NCBI GenBank assembly: GCA_964635445.1
Contig: CAZWNK010000001.1
Span: 3,422-67,421, forward strand
Direction: 5' to 3'
DNA length: 64,000 bases
From: an uncultured Candidatus Saccharibacteria bacterium
Lineage (GTDB): Bacteria > Patescibacteriota > Saccharimonadia > Saccharimonadales > CAZDBS01
Made by a program: the position numbers and the translations under genes. The first letter of the stretch is position 1; each line of letters begins with the position of its first letter. The notes beneath the pieces are model-generated. The model was not told the origin of the DNA, ran no database searches, and was given only the letters and a program-made list of their open reading frames with translations. This document shows positions 19,583 through 29,723 of the stretch, piece after piece.

Positions 19583-20755
19583 TTATTCGACTGTCACGCG
19601 CACAAAACGTCGTTTACCTACCTGGACGACATCATTGTTCTGGATAGTTATATTCTCTGTCGTGACTGGTTTTTGGTTGAGCTTAACACCACCTTGCTCG
19701 AAAAGTCGGCGTGCCTCAGATTTACTTTCAGCTAGATGCAGTGTCGTAAGTAAATCTGCTACATCCCAGTCCGCTTCAGAAAGTTCAACCTCAGGAATGT
19801 CGGTCGGCATCTCGCCGTCACTAAATTGAGCAAGCCACCCCGCCTGTACTCTGTCAGCAGTTTCAGTATCATGGAGCTCCTGAACGACTTGATGTGCCAT
19901 CAAGAGCTTGATATCTCGCGGGTTAGCTCCTTGTTTGAGTTTCATCTCTTGTTCGGCGACTTGATTTAGAGGCATATCGGTCACATGGGTCAGATAGTCG
20001 ATGATGAGATCGTCTTGGAGCGCCATGAGCTTTCCGAATTTGTCTTCAGGCATATCATCCAACCACACACAGTTCCCGCTGGATTTACTCATTTGCTTCC
20101 CGTCAGTTCCCATGATCATCGGCGTCTCGAGCACCCACTTATCTTTGCCCTTCATCTTCTGCATGAGTTCACGACCTACAAGCATATTGAACTCTTGGTC
20201 AGTACCACCTATTTCCAGATCCACATCCATCACAACAGAATCATAGCCCTGGAGCATAGGGTACATAGTCTCGTGATACCAGACTGTATTGCCATGGTCC
20301 AATCGTCTCGTAAACGAATCCCGTTTGAATAGTTGTATCGCTGATAGGTTTGAAGCAACATTGATGATGTCTGCCAAATTCATCTTTGTTAACCAATCGC
20401 CGTTTTGCTTGATAGTTACCAGACTGAAGTCCACTAAACCCTCAGCTTGTCGCTTCCAGTTTTTGATATTTTCGTCGATCTGATCTTGGGTAATATGCGG
20501 ACGAGCCTCGTCTCTCAGGCTTGGGTCGCCAGCAAGGACTGTTCCTGTTCCGAACAAAAAGATCACTTCATGGCCTGCACGCGCAAAATCCATGAGTTTT
20601 TTCATACCCACAGCATGACCGAGGTGTAGACGAGCGCCAGTCGGATCAAAACCTTGATACAAGCGGATTTTCCGCTGGCTCATAAGTTTTTCAAGACTCG
20701 CTTGATCAGGCAGCACTTTTGCTACACGACGGCTGAAAATATTATCGTTTGTCAT
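19583..20755 (-). CDS. tyrS: tyrosine--tRNA ligase
   Basis: 390 aa with the HLGH-type motif (RLHLGHAVG), KMSKS and a C-terminal S4 domain. Confidence 0.93.
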   Translation of the reverse strand: MTNDNIFSRRVAKVLPDQASLEKLMSQRKIRLYQGFDPTGARLHLGHAVGMKKLMDFARAGHEVIFLFGTGTVLAGDPSLRDEARPHITQDQIDENIKNWKRQAEGLVDFSLVTIKQNGDWLTKMNLADIINVASNLSAIQLFKRDSFTRRLDHGNTVWYHETMYPMLQGYDSVVMDVDLEIGGTDQEFNMLVGRELMQKMKGKDKWVLETPMIMGTDGKQMSKSSGNCVWLDDMPEDKFGKLMALQDDLIIDYLTHVTDMPLNQVAEQEMKLKQGANPRDIKLLMAHQVVQELHDTETADRVQAGWLAQFSDGEMPTDIPEVELSEADWDVADLLTTLHLAESKSEARRLFEQGGVKLNQKPVTTENITIQNNDVVQVGKRRFVRVTVE

Positions 20756-20789
20756 GATTTTCCTCTTTAGTACATAGTATATAGAACCT

Positions 20790-20845
20790 TAGCTACAATC
20801 CAAGCGGAATGGTATACTGAATCCAAGCGAAGGGTATAATGAGGT
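20790..20845 (+). promoter_or_regulatory. Candidate sigma70-type promoter for the PBP gene (TGGTATACT extended -10; TATAAT 12 nt before the ATG)
   Basis: Sequence motifs only; not verified. Confidence 0.25.
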
Positions 20846-20848
20846 GGT

Positions 20849-23848
20849 ATGAAACGAATAAATTTTGACACGTTAAAGGGTAGTTTGAAGCGTACAAAAC
20901 AACGTAAGCCAGTCTCTATCAAGAAAGCGACATCAGTTCCTAAGATGTCGACTCCTGTAAATCAAAAGGCGTTGCTACAACGACGCAAGTCGCGCAAAGA
21001 TGCCAAATTCAAACGAAAGGCTGAGTTTTTAGCAAGCCTGCCTAAATCTCGTGTAAAACGAATCCTCTATCGCCTAGAGCCCAAACGCCTCGCATCATTT
21101 CTTTTCAGTCGTGATGGCGCTATCTTCATGCTCAAAGCAGCAGGTCTGGGTGTCGCAGCAGTTGTCCTACTCACCGTCATCGTCTTCACATATTACAGGC
21201 AGAGTCTACCCTCCGATATCAACGGCGAGCTCGCTAAGGTCAAACAAACGACCAAATTTTACGACCGCACTGGCAAAATCCTCCTCTATGAAGCGTACGG
21301 CGATCAGAATAGAACTGTGGTACCAATCGATCAGATGTCATTCAATATTCAGAAGGCCACGATCGCCCTCGAGGACAAAAACTTTTACAAACACGGTGGA
21401 TTTGATCCCAAAGGCGTACTGAGAGCGTTCATCAACAATATCACTGGTCGTGGCGACCAACAGGGTGGGTCCACATTGACACAACAGTTTGTAAAGAACC
21501 TGCTCTTCACCGATACCAAATATGAGCGTTCATATACACGGAAAATTAAAGAGCTCATATTGTCGATCGAGCTAGAGAGGCAATACAGCAAGGATCAGAT
21601 TTTGGCTTTTTATCTGAATCAGATTCCATATGGTCCCACAGAATACGGCATCGAAGCAGCTTCTAAGAGCTATTTCAATAAAGACGCCAAGGATCTGACT
21701 GTCGATGAAGCCGCTATGCTTGCTTCCATCCCGCAGCAACCACCTGCATTCAACCCCTATCGTGAAGCCAACAAAGACCGTCTACGCACCAAGCAACTCA
21801 GAGTCATCGACCTCATGCAAGAGCAAGGCTATATCAAAAAAGATGAGGCTGACGCCGCTAAGAAAGTTGATACATTTGCCAAGATAGTTCCGCTCGACCA
21901 GAAGAGTCGTTATACCACTGGCAATAAAGTCCCTCACTTCATGGACGAAGTCGAGGATCAACTCGTCGACCAACTCGGTAAAGGTACTGTCTATGAGGGC
22001 GGTCTCAAAGTTATCACGACCGTGGATATGCGCTTGCAAAACATTGCCCTTGATTCCATGAATGCATCTATGCGACTGATCGAAGCGCAAGGCGCAGATG
22101 ACGCCAATATCGTCGCGATCGACAACACGACAGGTCAAGTCCTCGCATATGTCGGAAGTCGTGATTATAACTATCCAGGCTTTGGCAATGTAGATACCTT
22201 GCAATCACTCTTGCAGCCAGGTTCAAGCATCAAGCCGTTCGACTACGCCGAGCTCTTCAAAGACCGTCCTGGACAAGATTACGCACCAGGCACCATCATG
22301 AAAGACGAGCCAATTGATATCAACGGCTATAAACCAGGTAACTCTGATGGTACATACAAAGGCAGCATGACTATCCGGACTGCGCTTGGTCAATCTCGAA
22401 ACACGACAGCTATCAAGGCTGCGTACATCTCCGGCATGGACAACATCATAAATCTTGCTCACGAAATGGGAGACAAAACATTCTGTACACGAGATGAGTG
22501 TGGACTCTCTGCTGCTATCGGTGGCGCCCGAGTTGTCCCCGTAGAACACGCCAACGCGTTCGCCTCACTTGCTCGTGGTGGCGTCTACAAAGATGTCACG
22601 TATGTACTCAAAGTCGAAAACGCCTCAGGCAAAACTATCAAAGAATGGAAAGATGATGGTGGTAAGCCGGTACTCAATGGTGAGGTGGCATATCTTATCT
22701 CCGATATCCTCTCCGATGACAGTGCTCGTGCCGGCTTATTCGGACGCAACTCTATCGGGTTCAATGTCCCAGGCGTCAAAGTTGCCGCCAAGTCAGGTAC
22801 GACAGATGATGGCACGCCTCAATCACGCGCGAAAGACAGTTGGTTGATGGGTTACAGCTCTAAGATCACTGTAGGCACATGGGTAGGCAACCACGACGGC
22901 CGCCCGCTACTCAATGGGTATCACACTGCTGGCGGCACGTTATTTGGCAAGTTCATGGAACGAGCCCACAAAGAAGTCCTAGCTGCTGACGGTACATGGA
23001 AAACGGGCGACTGGCTCGCAAGACCAGCTGGCATCAAGACACTCACTGTAGGTGGCAGAACTGACATCTATCCATCATGGTACTCGGTACCCAAAAACGG
23101 CAAAGACTATACGATGGATAAAGTTTCTAAGAAAAAGGCCACGGACTGTACGCCTGATCTAGCCAAAGAAACCATCACGTCAGTCTTGTACACTGATGCC
23201 GTAACCAAAAAAGACACTGAAGAGTCGCCGGAAGGATACGACATAACAAAGGATGACGACGTGCACCACTGTTCCGATGCGAAACCTTCAGTATCCCTGA
23301 CCTCTGATGATATGGGTGGAGGCGTCTATCGTCTCACCGCGAACTATACTTCGGGAAGCAACGACCTCACGACTGCAGACTTCTATGTCAACGACAGTAA
23401 GGTCTACTCTACCCCTATCAGTGGAAATGGTACGGTGAGTTACGATTACACATCGAGTGGTGGCGGATCGCTCAATTTCAAAGTACAAGTTATAGACAAA
23501 GTATTCTACGACGCAACCGACACGGCATCAGGCCTGTCGGCAGGATCACTAAGCCCGTCCGCGTCGAAAAGCGGCAACACAATAACGGTCGATTACAACT
23601 CAGTCAGTTCTGCCCATAGCTATCGAGTAACCTTCTCTAATACATCCAACGGCGGGAGTTATTCACCCGTCGACGCCGACGGCACAAGCCCCTATGTCGT
23701 CAACGCCAACACCGTAAAAGCAGCACCATCACTTCTCTGCGGCGCATCATGTTCAGTCAATGTGTCGGTGACAGCGTATTCCGGCAACAACGGCAATGGA
23801 TCATCCATCACTTCCTCGCCAGCAAGCGGCTCACCGATAAGTCTCTAG
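20849..23848 (+). CDS. bifunctional penicillin-binding protein 1A (GT51 transglycosylase plus transpeptidase) with a roughly 250-aa S/T/G/N/Y-rich C-terminal extension
   Basis: N-terminal TM segment, GT51 motifs (EDKNFYKHGG, GGSTLTQQ) and transpeptidase SxxK (SSIKPF) and KSGT motifs. The C-terminal tail is low complexity. Confidence 0.9.
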   Translation: MKRINFDTLKGSLKRTKQRKPVSIKKATSVPKMSTPVNQKALLQRRKSRKDAKFKRKAEFLASLPKSRVKRILYRLEPKRLASFLFSRDGAIFMLKAAGLGVAAVVLLTVIVFTYYRQSLPSDINGELAKVKQTTKFYDRTGKILLYEAYGDQNRTVVPIDQMSFNIQKATIALEDKNFYKHGGFDPKGVLRAFINNITGRGDQQGGSTLTQQFVKNLLFTDTKYERSYTRKIKELILSIELERQYSKDQILAFYLNQIPYGPTEYGIEAASKSYFNKDAKDLTVDEAAMLASIPQQPPAFNPYREANKDRLRTKQLRVIDLMQEQGYIKKDEADAAKKVDTFAKIVPLDQKSRYTTGNKVPHFMDEVEDQLVDQLGKGTVYEGGLKVITTVDMRLQNIALDSMNASMRLIEAQGADDANIVAIDNTTGQVLAYVGSRDYNYPGFGNVDTLQSLLQPGSSIKPFDYAELFKDRPGQDYAPGTIMKDEPIDINGYKPGNSDGTYKGSMTIRTALGQSRNTTAIKAAYISGMDNIINLAHEMGDKTFCTRDECGLSAAIGGARVVPVEHANAFASLARGGVYKDVTYVLKVENASGKTIKEWKDDGGKPVLNGEVAYLISDILSDDSARAGLFGRNSIGFNVPGVKVAAKSGTTDDGTPQSRAKDSWLMGYSSKITVGTWVGNHDGRPLLNGYHTAGGTLFGKFMERAHKEVLAADGTWKTGDWLARPAGIKTLTVGGRTDIYPSWYSVPKNGKDYTMDKVSKKKATDCTPDLAKETITSVLYTDAVTKKDTEESPEGYDITKDDDVHHCSDAKPSVSLTSDDMGGGVYRLTANYTSGSNDLTTADFYVNDSKVYSTPISGNGTVSYDYTSSGGGSLNFKVQVIDKVFYDATDTASGLSAGSLSPSASKSGNTITVDYNSVSSAHSYRVTFSNTSNGGSYSPVDADGTSPYVVNANTVKAAPSLLCGASCSVNVSVTAYSGNNGNGSSITSSPASGSPISL

Positions 23849-23865
23849 CGTAATCACAAAAAACT

Positions 23866-24621
23866 TTAGACGCTTGCTTTGGTCTTCTGCGAGAGATGTT
23901 TCTTTGATTGGATTGTACGGGGCTTCATCTCATGCACTGGATGTGCGAATAGCATCTTGCCTGCCACGGTTTGGAAGGTTCGATCAATCTCTATATCAAT
24001 AGACCTGCCAATGGCATGAAAAGCTCGATCGACAACCACCATCGTGCCGTCTTCTAGATATCCGACACCTTGATCACGCCCTTCTCCGCGTTGGATAATT
24101 TTCACTTCGCGCCTCTCGCCCGGGAGTACGACTGGTCGCATGCTTTGCGCCAGTTCATTGACGTTGAGTACAGTGACGCCCGCTATGGCCGCTACCTTCC
24201 CGAGATTGAAGTCTGTCGTATACAGCTGAGCGTTTAGTTTCTTGGCAAGCGCTACCAACTTATCATCCACTTCTTGTATATGCGTGAAATCACTCCCATC
24301 GACGATGACATCGCATTGATTGGAGTCTTGAAGCTCTCTCACGATCTCCAAACCAAATCGAGCACGTTCGCGCTTATGACTGTCGCCGCCATCTGCTAGT
24401 CCTTGCAGCTCACGTATGACAAAACTAGGGATCACTAACTGCTCTGGCATAAATCCATTTCGCACGAGTTCGACGATCCGTCCATCGATGAGCGCACACG
24501 TATCAACTACAACGATGCGGTGTTTGGATGATTTTTTTGGTTGCTGCGGTTTTGCCCCAAAAACCTTGGCGCCGATAATAACGGTGACCCCAAGTGTTAT
24601 GTATTGGATGGCTTCATTCAT
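23866..24621 (-). CDS. PIN/TRAM domain protein, YacL-like
   Basis: 251 aa with an N-terminal TM segment, a PIN domain (VVVDTCALIDGRI...) and a C-terminal TRAM domain. Directly downstream of radA, as in Bacillus radA-(disA)-yacL. Confidence 0.8.
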   Translation of the reverse strand: MNEAIQYITLGVTVIIGAKVFGAKPQQPKKSSKHRIVVVDTCALIDGRIVELVRNGFMPEQLVIPSFVIRELQGLADGGDSHKRERARFGLEIVRELQDSNQCDVIVDGSDFTHIQEVDDKLVALAKKLNAQLYTTDFNLGKVAAIAGVTVLNVNELAQSMRPVVLPGERREVKIIQRGEGRDQGVGYLEDGTMVVVDRAFHAIGRSIDIEIDRTFQTVAGKMLFAHPVHEMKPRTIQSKKHLSQKTKASV

Positions 24622-24634
24622 ATTTATGTATTCC

Positions 24635-25975
24635 TTAATCTTTTTCTAGAAATGTATTGAGTGCTTCTCGTACTGACGATACTGATGTCAGGAATGCACT
24701 TTTTTTGCTACTTTTGGGCCCAAGAGCACCATCAAAACCGAGTTTCTTAGCTTCATCGATTCTTCGCTCAATCATTGGGACATGACGCACCTCGCCACTC
24801 AGACCCACTTCGCCGAAGACGACAACATTTTTCTTGAGCATCATGCCCTTGGCAGCCGAAGCGATCGCCATACAAACTGCGAGATCGGCTGCTGGCTCGG
24901 TTATTCGTATACCACCCACTATATTGACATAGACATCCATCTCACTCAAGTTGAGCTTCGTACGACGCGTGAGCATCGCTATCAGCAATGTTACGCGATT
25001 GAGGTCAATTCCTGATGCCGCTCTCTTGGGATAGCCAAACGATGTTGGCGAGACCAGTGCCTGCACCTCCACGAGAATTGGTCGCGTACCTTCCATAGTC
25101 GCCATGACGATAGAGCCGTCGCTCATTTGCCGTTCTGCCAACAAAGCCGCTGAAGGATTGGACACAGGCATCATACCCTTCTCGGTCATTTCGAAGATAC
25201 CAGCTTCATTGGTCGAGCCGAAGCGGTTTTTGATAGCTCGAAGCAGCTTAAACCCACCATATCTATCCCCCTCTAGATTCAAAACAACATCCACGAGATG
25301 CTCCAGAACCTTCGGCCCGGCTATGGCGCCTTCTTTTGTCACATGCCCAACTAGTATAAGTGCCGTCTTGCTATTTTTGGCGGCGAGTGTGAGCAACTGC
25401 GTGCTATTTGTTATCTGACTGACAGAGCCTGCTGCAGAGGATATAGCGCCGATAGTTATTGTCTGGATCGAATCAACGATGACGAGGTCATAGGTGGCCT
25501 CTGCGATTGTCGCAGCTATATCATCTGCACTGTTTGAGGTTACAAGTGACAACTTAGCTGCATTCGTGCCCAATCTGTTACTGCGTAGTTTGACTTGAGC
25601 GATCGACTCTTCACCACTCACATAGAGTACGTCGTGATGTTCGCCGATAGCTGCCGCAACCTGTAAAAGAATCGTCGATTTCCCAATACCAGGTTGCCCT
25701 GCTATGAGATTGACGCTTGCTTTGACGAATCCGCCCCCCAGTACTTGATCAATTTCTGGTATGTTTGTCGGCAATCTTCCTGCATCTTCCGTCGTATCAA
25801 CATCTTTGATATGTGCTGCCTTCAGACCTCTGCCGGAGCTCGTCAGTGCGCTTGCAACATCGAGCTGTTCGCTTATTGTATTCCACTCACCACAACTCGA
25901 GCATTTCCCTGCCCAACGTGTATAGACCGCACCACAATTCGCACACACATACTGAATACTTGCTTTTTTCGCCAT
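24635..25975 (-). CDS. radA: DNA repair protein RadA/Sms
   Basis: N-terminal C4 zinc finger (CANCGAVYTRWAGKCSSCGEW), Walker A GQPGIGKST, KNRFG motif and a Lon-like C-terminal domain. Confidence 0.93.
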   Translation of the reverse strand: MAKKASIQYVCANCGAVYTRWAGKCSSCGEWNTISEQLDVASALTSSGRGLKAAHIKDVDTTEDAGRLPTNIPEIDQVLGGGFVKASVNLIAGQPGIGKSTILLQVAAAIGEHHDVLYVSGEESIAQVKLRSNRLGTNAAKLSLVTSNSADDIAATIAEATYDLVIVDSIQTITIGAISSAAGSVSQITNSTQLLTLAAKNSKTALILVGHVTKEGAIAGPKVLEHLVDVVLNLEGDRYGGFKLLRAIKNRFGSTNEAGIFEMTEKGMMPVSNPSAALLAERQMSDGSIVMATMEGTRPILVEVQALVSPTSFGYPKRAASGIDLNRVTLLIAMLTRRTKLNLSEMDVYVNIVGGIRITEPAADLAVCMAIASAAKGMMLKKNVVVFGEVGLSGEVRHVPMIERRIDEAKKLGFDGALGPKSSKKSAFLTSVSSVREALNTFLEKD

Positions 25976-25999
25976 TAATTTATTCTAGCATTAGTAAGA

Positions 26000-26971
26000 T
26001 TATTTTGATTCGAGAGGTTGATATTTGCTGTCGATCGTCTGAGTCAATTCTTTTTGGGTGACCACGATTGCATTGCGCTCTTTGACGATTGCATTGTATT
26101 GATTGATAAGTGAGTTGAGCGTATTTACGCCTGCGTTGAAAGCTCTCACTTTACTATTGAACAACGGTACTTGCGTATTGTACTGTGCATACCTCTTTTG
26201 GTTGAGATTATCGTCCATCGATGCTCGCATAGTATTGAGTGAGGCACGTTGCTGTTCAAGTGATGTTTGTTGTAAATCGATCTGAGCTTTGAGACTCTCG
26301 ATTTGCGTGTCATACAAAGCAACTTTCTTTTGTAAGTCAGTAAACACCGACTCATACTGATCACTCAGTCGAACGACCAGACTTCGATCAGTAAAATACT
26401 TCTTGTAGTGAGCTTCCAGATCAGGTCCGATATTCTTGACTTCTGTTCCCAATATCGAATGAAGTTCATTCGGAACGGACGAGGGGTCATCTTTCTGATA
26501 CGTTGCAACAAGACTTTTGAGATGATCATCCGTAGACGCGGCATACGCTGCCATGACGAGCGTATCTATTCGATCACGCTCGCGTTTGGACATGCGCGCA
26601 TACACAGCATGCAGGGTCTCGTGCGCTATGGTTACTTCTTCTACACCACTTAAACGTGGGTCATCAACCTTCAGTATATATACTCGGCTACCCGTATAGC
26701 ACCCGAGCACAATAGTCTTTTCTTCGACAGGGCAATCGTTGTTGAAGCTCGATTTTTCGTCTATTTGCGGCTTGCTAGCGAAAAGGATTCGTTGACTAGA
26801 GGAGGATAGACCAGCACGACTCACAAGCCCTGCGACAGCACTGGACGGCTGGTAGTTCCGTGTGACTATCCAGTCATGGACCGCATAGCGATTGGTGATC
26901 ACGACAAAGCCTATGGCTATAATTGCCACGGACAATACACCCGACACAACCCGCTTTGTCACACGACTCAT
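26000..26971 (-). CDS. membrane-anchored hypothetical protein with an HExxH motif (IAHETLHAVY) and a C-terminal coiled coil
   Basis: 323 aa with a single N-terminal TM segment, an HETLH putative zinc-binding motif and a Q/L-rich heptad region. Inserted between clpC and radA. Confidence 0.5.
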   Translation of the reverse strand: MSRVTKRVVSGVLSVAIIAIGFVVITNRYAVHDWIVTRNYQPSSAVAGLVSRAGLSSSSQRILFASKPQIDEKSSFNNDCPVEEKTIVLGCYTGSRVYILKVDDPRLSGVEEVTIAHETLHAVYARMSKRERDRIDTLVMAAYAASTDDHLKSLVATYQKDDPSSVPNELHSILGTEVKNIGPDLEAHYKKYFTDRSLVVRLSDQYESVFTDLQKKVALYDTQIESLKAQIDLQQTSLEQQRASLNTMRASMDDNLNQKRYAQYNTQVPLFNSKVRAFNAGVNTLNSLINQYNAIVKERNAIVVTQKELTQTIDSKYQPLESK

Positions 26972-26998
26972 TACCTACTGAGTATACACTGCTTATGA

Positions 26999-29491
26999 CT
27001 ATTCACTGACGAGTTTGAACGAGAGTTTGTCACTCTTAGCATCGACGGCGATTGTATCGCCTTTTTTATAGGTTCCTGACAATAGGCCATCAGCGATTTC
27101 GTCTTCGAGTTTGTCTTGTATGATACGGCGCAGTGGTCGGACGCCATTCTGCGCGTCGTACCCATGATCAATCAGATAGCGCTTGACGCTTGGTGTGACA
27201 TGGAGTGCCAGACCTGTCTTGCGTAAACGGTCACTAAGTTCTTTGAGCTGAAGCTCGAGAATACTTTCGGCATTTTTCTTAGTCAATGCGCGGAAAACGA
27301 TGATTTTGTCAATACGGTTTATGAGCTCTGGGCGCATCAACTTCTTCACCTCATCCATTACCTTGTCGGTATTCGTGTTGTGCATGGATTCAAGATCTTT
27401 GGCATCATCTTTGGTTGTCGCACTGAAGCCGAGCGTGGCTTCTTTCTGAAGTTTCTGTGCTCCGATGTTGCTAGTCATGATGATGACTGTATTCGTGAAA
27501 TCAACACGACGGCCTTTAGCATCTGTGAGGTATCCGTCTTCAAGCATCTGCAGAAGGATGTTGAATACTTCAGGATGAGCTTTTTCGATTTCATCGAAAA
27601 GTACAAGCGAATACGGTTGTCGTCTGACTTTTTCTGTCAACTGACCTGCATCTTCATAGCCGACATAGCCAGCTGGAGCCCCAACAAGACGCGACACAGT
27701 GTGGCGCTCACCAAACTCACTCATATCAATTTTGACAAGAGATTTCTCACTACCAAAATATTCACGAGCCAGGACTCGTGCCAGCTCTGTTTTACCGACA
27801 CCAGTAGGTCCGAGAAATATAAACGAACCAATCGGACGACGCGCATCACTGATACCTGAACGGTTTCGACGAATCGCACGCGCCACGGCCGCGACAGCTT
27901 CATCCTGACCCATGACATGTGCTCCTAAAAGTTTTTCGAGTCCCAATAGAGCCTTGGCTTCTGTCTTCACAACTTTCGACACCGGCACGCCAGTCATCGT
28001 AGCGACAACATGCGCAATGTCATCACTCGTCAAAGCAAGGTCAGTCGTCTCACTTTCCGATGTTTTCAGTGCTTCGAGTTGCTTATTGATCTGACTCATG
28101 CGAGTTTTGTATTTCGCAGCCTTTTCGTAGTCCTCGGCATCAACAGCTTCTTCCATGCGAGCCGTGACACTTCGGAGTTCCTTTTGAAGTTTGCGTTGTT
28201 CGGGTTTTACTTTATGGCGCTCAATCCGTACATGAGATGCCGCCTCATCGATCAGGTCGATGGCTTTATCAGGCATGTAACGGTCATTGACATACCGTTT
28301 TGCCATCAATACAGCATCTTCGATGACTTCATCCGAGATCTTCACACCGTGATGCGACTCATATTGCTTCTTAAGCCCTTTGAGAATGGCAATTGTCTCC
28401 TGAACAGTAGTCTCAGGGACGACAACGGGCTGAAAACGACGTTCCAGGGCGACATCTTTCTCTACATATTTGCGATACTCGTCCATAGTGGTCGCCCCGA
28501 TGACGCGCATCTTGCCACGAGCCAGCGCAGGTTTGAGTATGTTGCCAGCATCGATAGAACCTTCGGCCGCTCCAGCACCCACGATTAAGTGTAGCTCGTC
28601 GATAAACACGATGATATTGGGGTCGCTGACGATTTCATCCATGACTTTTTTGAGACGTTCTTCAAATTCGCCACGATATTTCGTACCCGCCACCATGCCA
28701 GCAAGATCCAACATCACGACGCGTTTCTCCAATAACACATCAGGCACATCCTCTTGAACAATACGTTGCGCGAGTCCCTCGACGATGGCTGTTTTACCGA
28801 CCCCAGGTTCACCGATGAGCACTGGATTGTTTTTTGTACGTCGACCTAGAATTGTCACCATTCGTTTGATCTGAGGTTCACGACCGACAACAGGATCGAG
28901 TTCACCCATGCGAGCTTTTTCAGTCAGGTCAGTGCCAAAATAGTCGAGTGCACTACCACGCTTCTTGCCTTTGCGCTTTGTACGAGTCGAACTTTCATCA
29001 TCATCTTGTTGTCGATTGAGATACTGCTCCAATTCATTCATGATGGAGTCCACATTGACATTCATCTCGTATAGCAACTGAGTGCCTCGCGCGTTTTTCT
29101 GGCTGAGTAGCCCGTAGAGGATGTGCTCGGTACCGCAATAATCTTGACTGTATTCTTGAGCGATATCCCAACTCATTTTAAGTGTCAGTTTGGCTGTCTC
29201 GCTCAACCCTTTACTGCCGAGATTGATGACCAGTGTCTTTGGCGTCATATTTAGTGCCATCCGCGCACGATCAATAGAAACACCGTTCGTTTGCAATATC
29301 TTCGATCCGATTGAGCCATCTTGAGCCAAGACACCGAGTAAAAGGTGCTCCGTCCCGATGTATGCGGAACCGAAGCTCCGCGCTATGGCGTCAGCATGCT
29401 GCAAACTCGCCCGAGCATTATCGGTAAGGTGTCGTATAAAATCTGCAAATTCTTGATAGTCTTCTGGCATAAAATCCCACTTTCTACCCAT
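26999..29491 (-). CDS. clpC: ATP-dependent Clp protease ATP-binding subunit ClpC (class III two-AAA+ unfoldase)
   Basis: Clp_N repeats and two AAA+ modules (GEPGVGKT; GPTGVGKT) with a sensor and C-terminal D2-small domain. True start may be the second Met (MPEDYQEF). Confidence 0.9.
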   Translation of the reverse strand: MGRKWDFMPEDYQEFADFIRHLTDNARASLQHADAIARSFGSAYIGTEHLLLGVLAQDGSIGSKILQTNGVSIDRARMALNMTPKTLVINLGSKGLSETAKLTLKMSWDIAQEYSQDYCGTEHILYGLLSQKNARGTQLLYEMNVNVDSIMNELEQYLNRQQDDDESSTRTKRKGKKRGSALDYFGTDLTEKARMGELDPVVGREPQIKRMVTILGRRTKNNPVLIGEPGVGKTAIVEGLAQRIVQEDVPDVLLEKRVVMLDLAGMVAGTKYRGEFEERLKKVMDEIVSDPNIIVFIDELHLIVGAGAAEGSIDAGNILKPALARGKMRVIGATTMDEYRKYVEKDVALERRFQPVVVPETTVQETIAILKGLKKQYESHHGVKISDEVIEDAVLMAKRYVNDRYMPDKAIDLIDEAASHVRIERHKVKPEQRKLQKELRSVTARMEEAVDAEDYEKAAKYKTRMSQINKQLEALKTSESETTDLALTSDDIAHVVATMTGVPVSKVVKTEAKALLGLEKLLGAHVMGQDEAVAAVARAIRRNRSGISDARRPIGSFIFLGPTGVGKTELARVLAREYFGSEKSLVKIDMSEFGERHTVSRLVGAPAGYVGYEDAGQLTEKVRRQPYSLVLFDEIEKAHPEVFNILLQMLEDGYLTDAKGRRVDFTNTVIIMTSNIGAQKLQKEATLGFSATTKDDAKDLESMHNTNTDKVMDEVKKLMRPELINRIDKIIVFRALTKKNAESILELQLKELSDRLRKTGLALHVTPSVKRYLIDHGYDAQNGVRPLRRIIQDKLEDEIADGLLSGTYKKGDTIAVDAKSDKLSFKLVSE

Positions 29492-29537
29492 CCAAGTTAG
29501 CGGTTTTATTTCCTGGGATACACCTATGATACTAAAA

Positions 29538-29564
29538 CTAGCACTCTCAATGCAAGAGTGCTAA
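29538..29564 (-). promoter_or_regulatory. CIRCE-like operator (CTAGCACTC-N9-GAGTGCTAA) upstream of clpC
   Basis: 17 of 18 consensus positions match, with exact N9 spacing, about 50-70 nt upstream of the clpC start. Confidence 0.65.
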
Positions 29565-29671
29565 ACGCTATGCTGACGCTGGCTTATGAGAAGAGGTGAT
29601 TCCTCTTCTCATCCCTCTCCGCTTCCACTTACAGCTGCAGCGGATTCGGTGCTCTTCTCCCCAAATGAGAC
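29565..29671 (-). repeat. Conserved structured leader module, copy B (GGGGAGAAGAGCACCG box plus perfect 10-bp hairpin at 29587-29611)
   Basis: Same order as copy A: terminator, module, CIRCE, clp gene. Stem tgagaagagg/cctcttctca has two compensatory pair changes relative to copy A. Confidence 0.5.
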
Positions 29672-29699
29672 AAAAAGACCGGAATAAATCCGGCTTTTT
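29672..29699 (-). terminator. Rho-independent terminator after nusA (AAAAAGCCGGA-tttat-TCCGGCTTTTT)
   Basis: Perfect stem with a T-tract, 24 nt downstream of the nusA stop. Confidence 0.6.
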
Positions 29700-29723
29700 G
29701 TAAGTTTAACTAGCCACGAGCCG

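Noticed and set aside
28010-28588. 192-aa plus-strand ORF
   Set aside because: Antisense to clpC.
9478-29564. CtsR operators (direct heptad repeat A/GGTCAAA-N3-A/GGTCAAA) upstream of clpP/clpC
   Set aside because: Searched the clpP and clpC upstream regions and found no such direct repeat; CIRCE is what is present instead.
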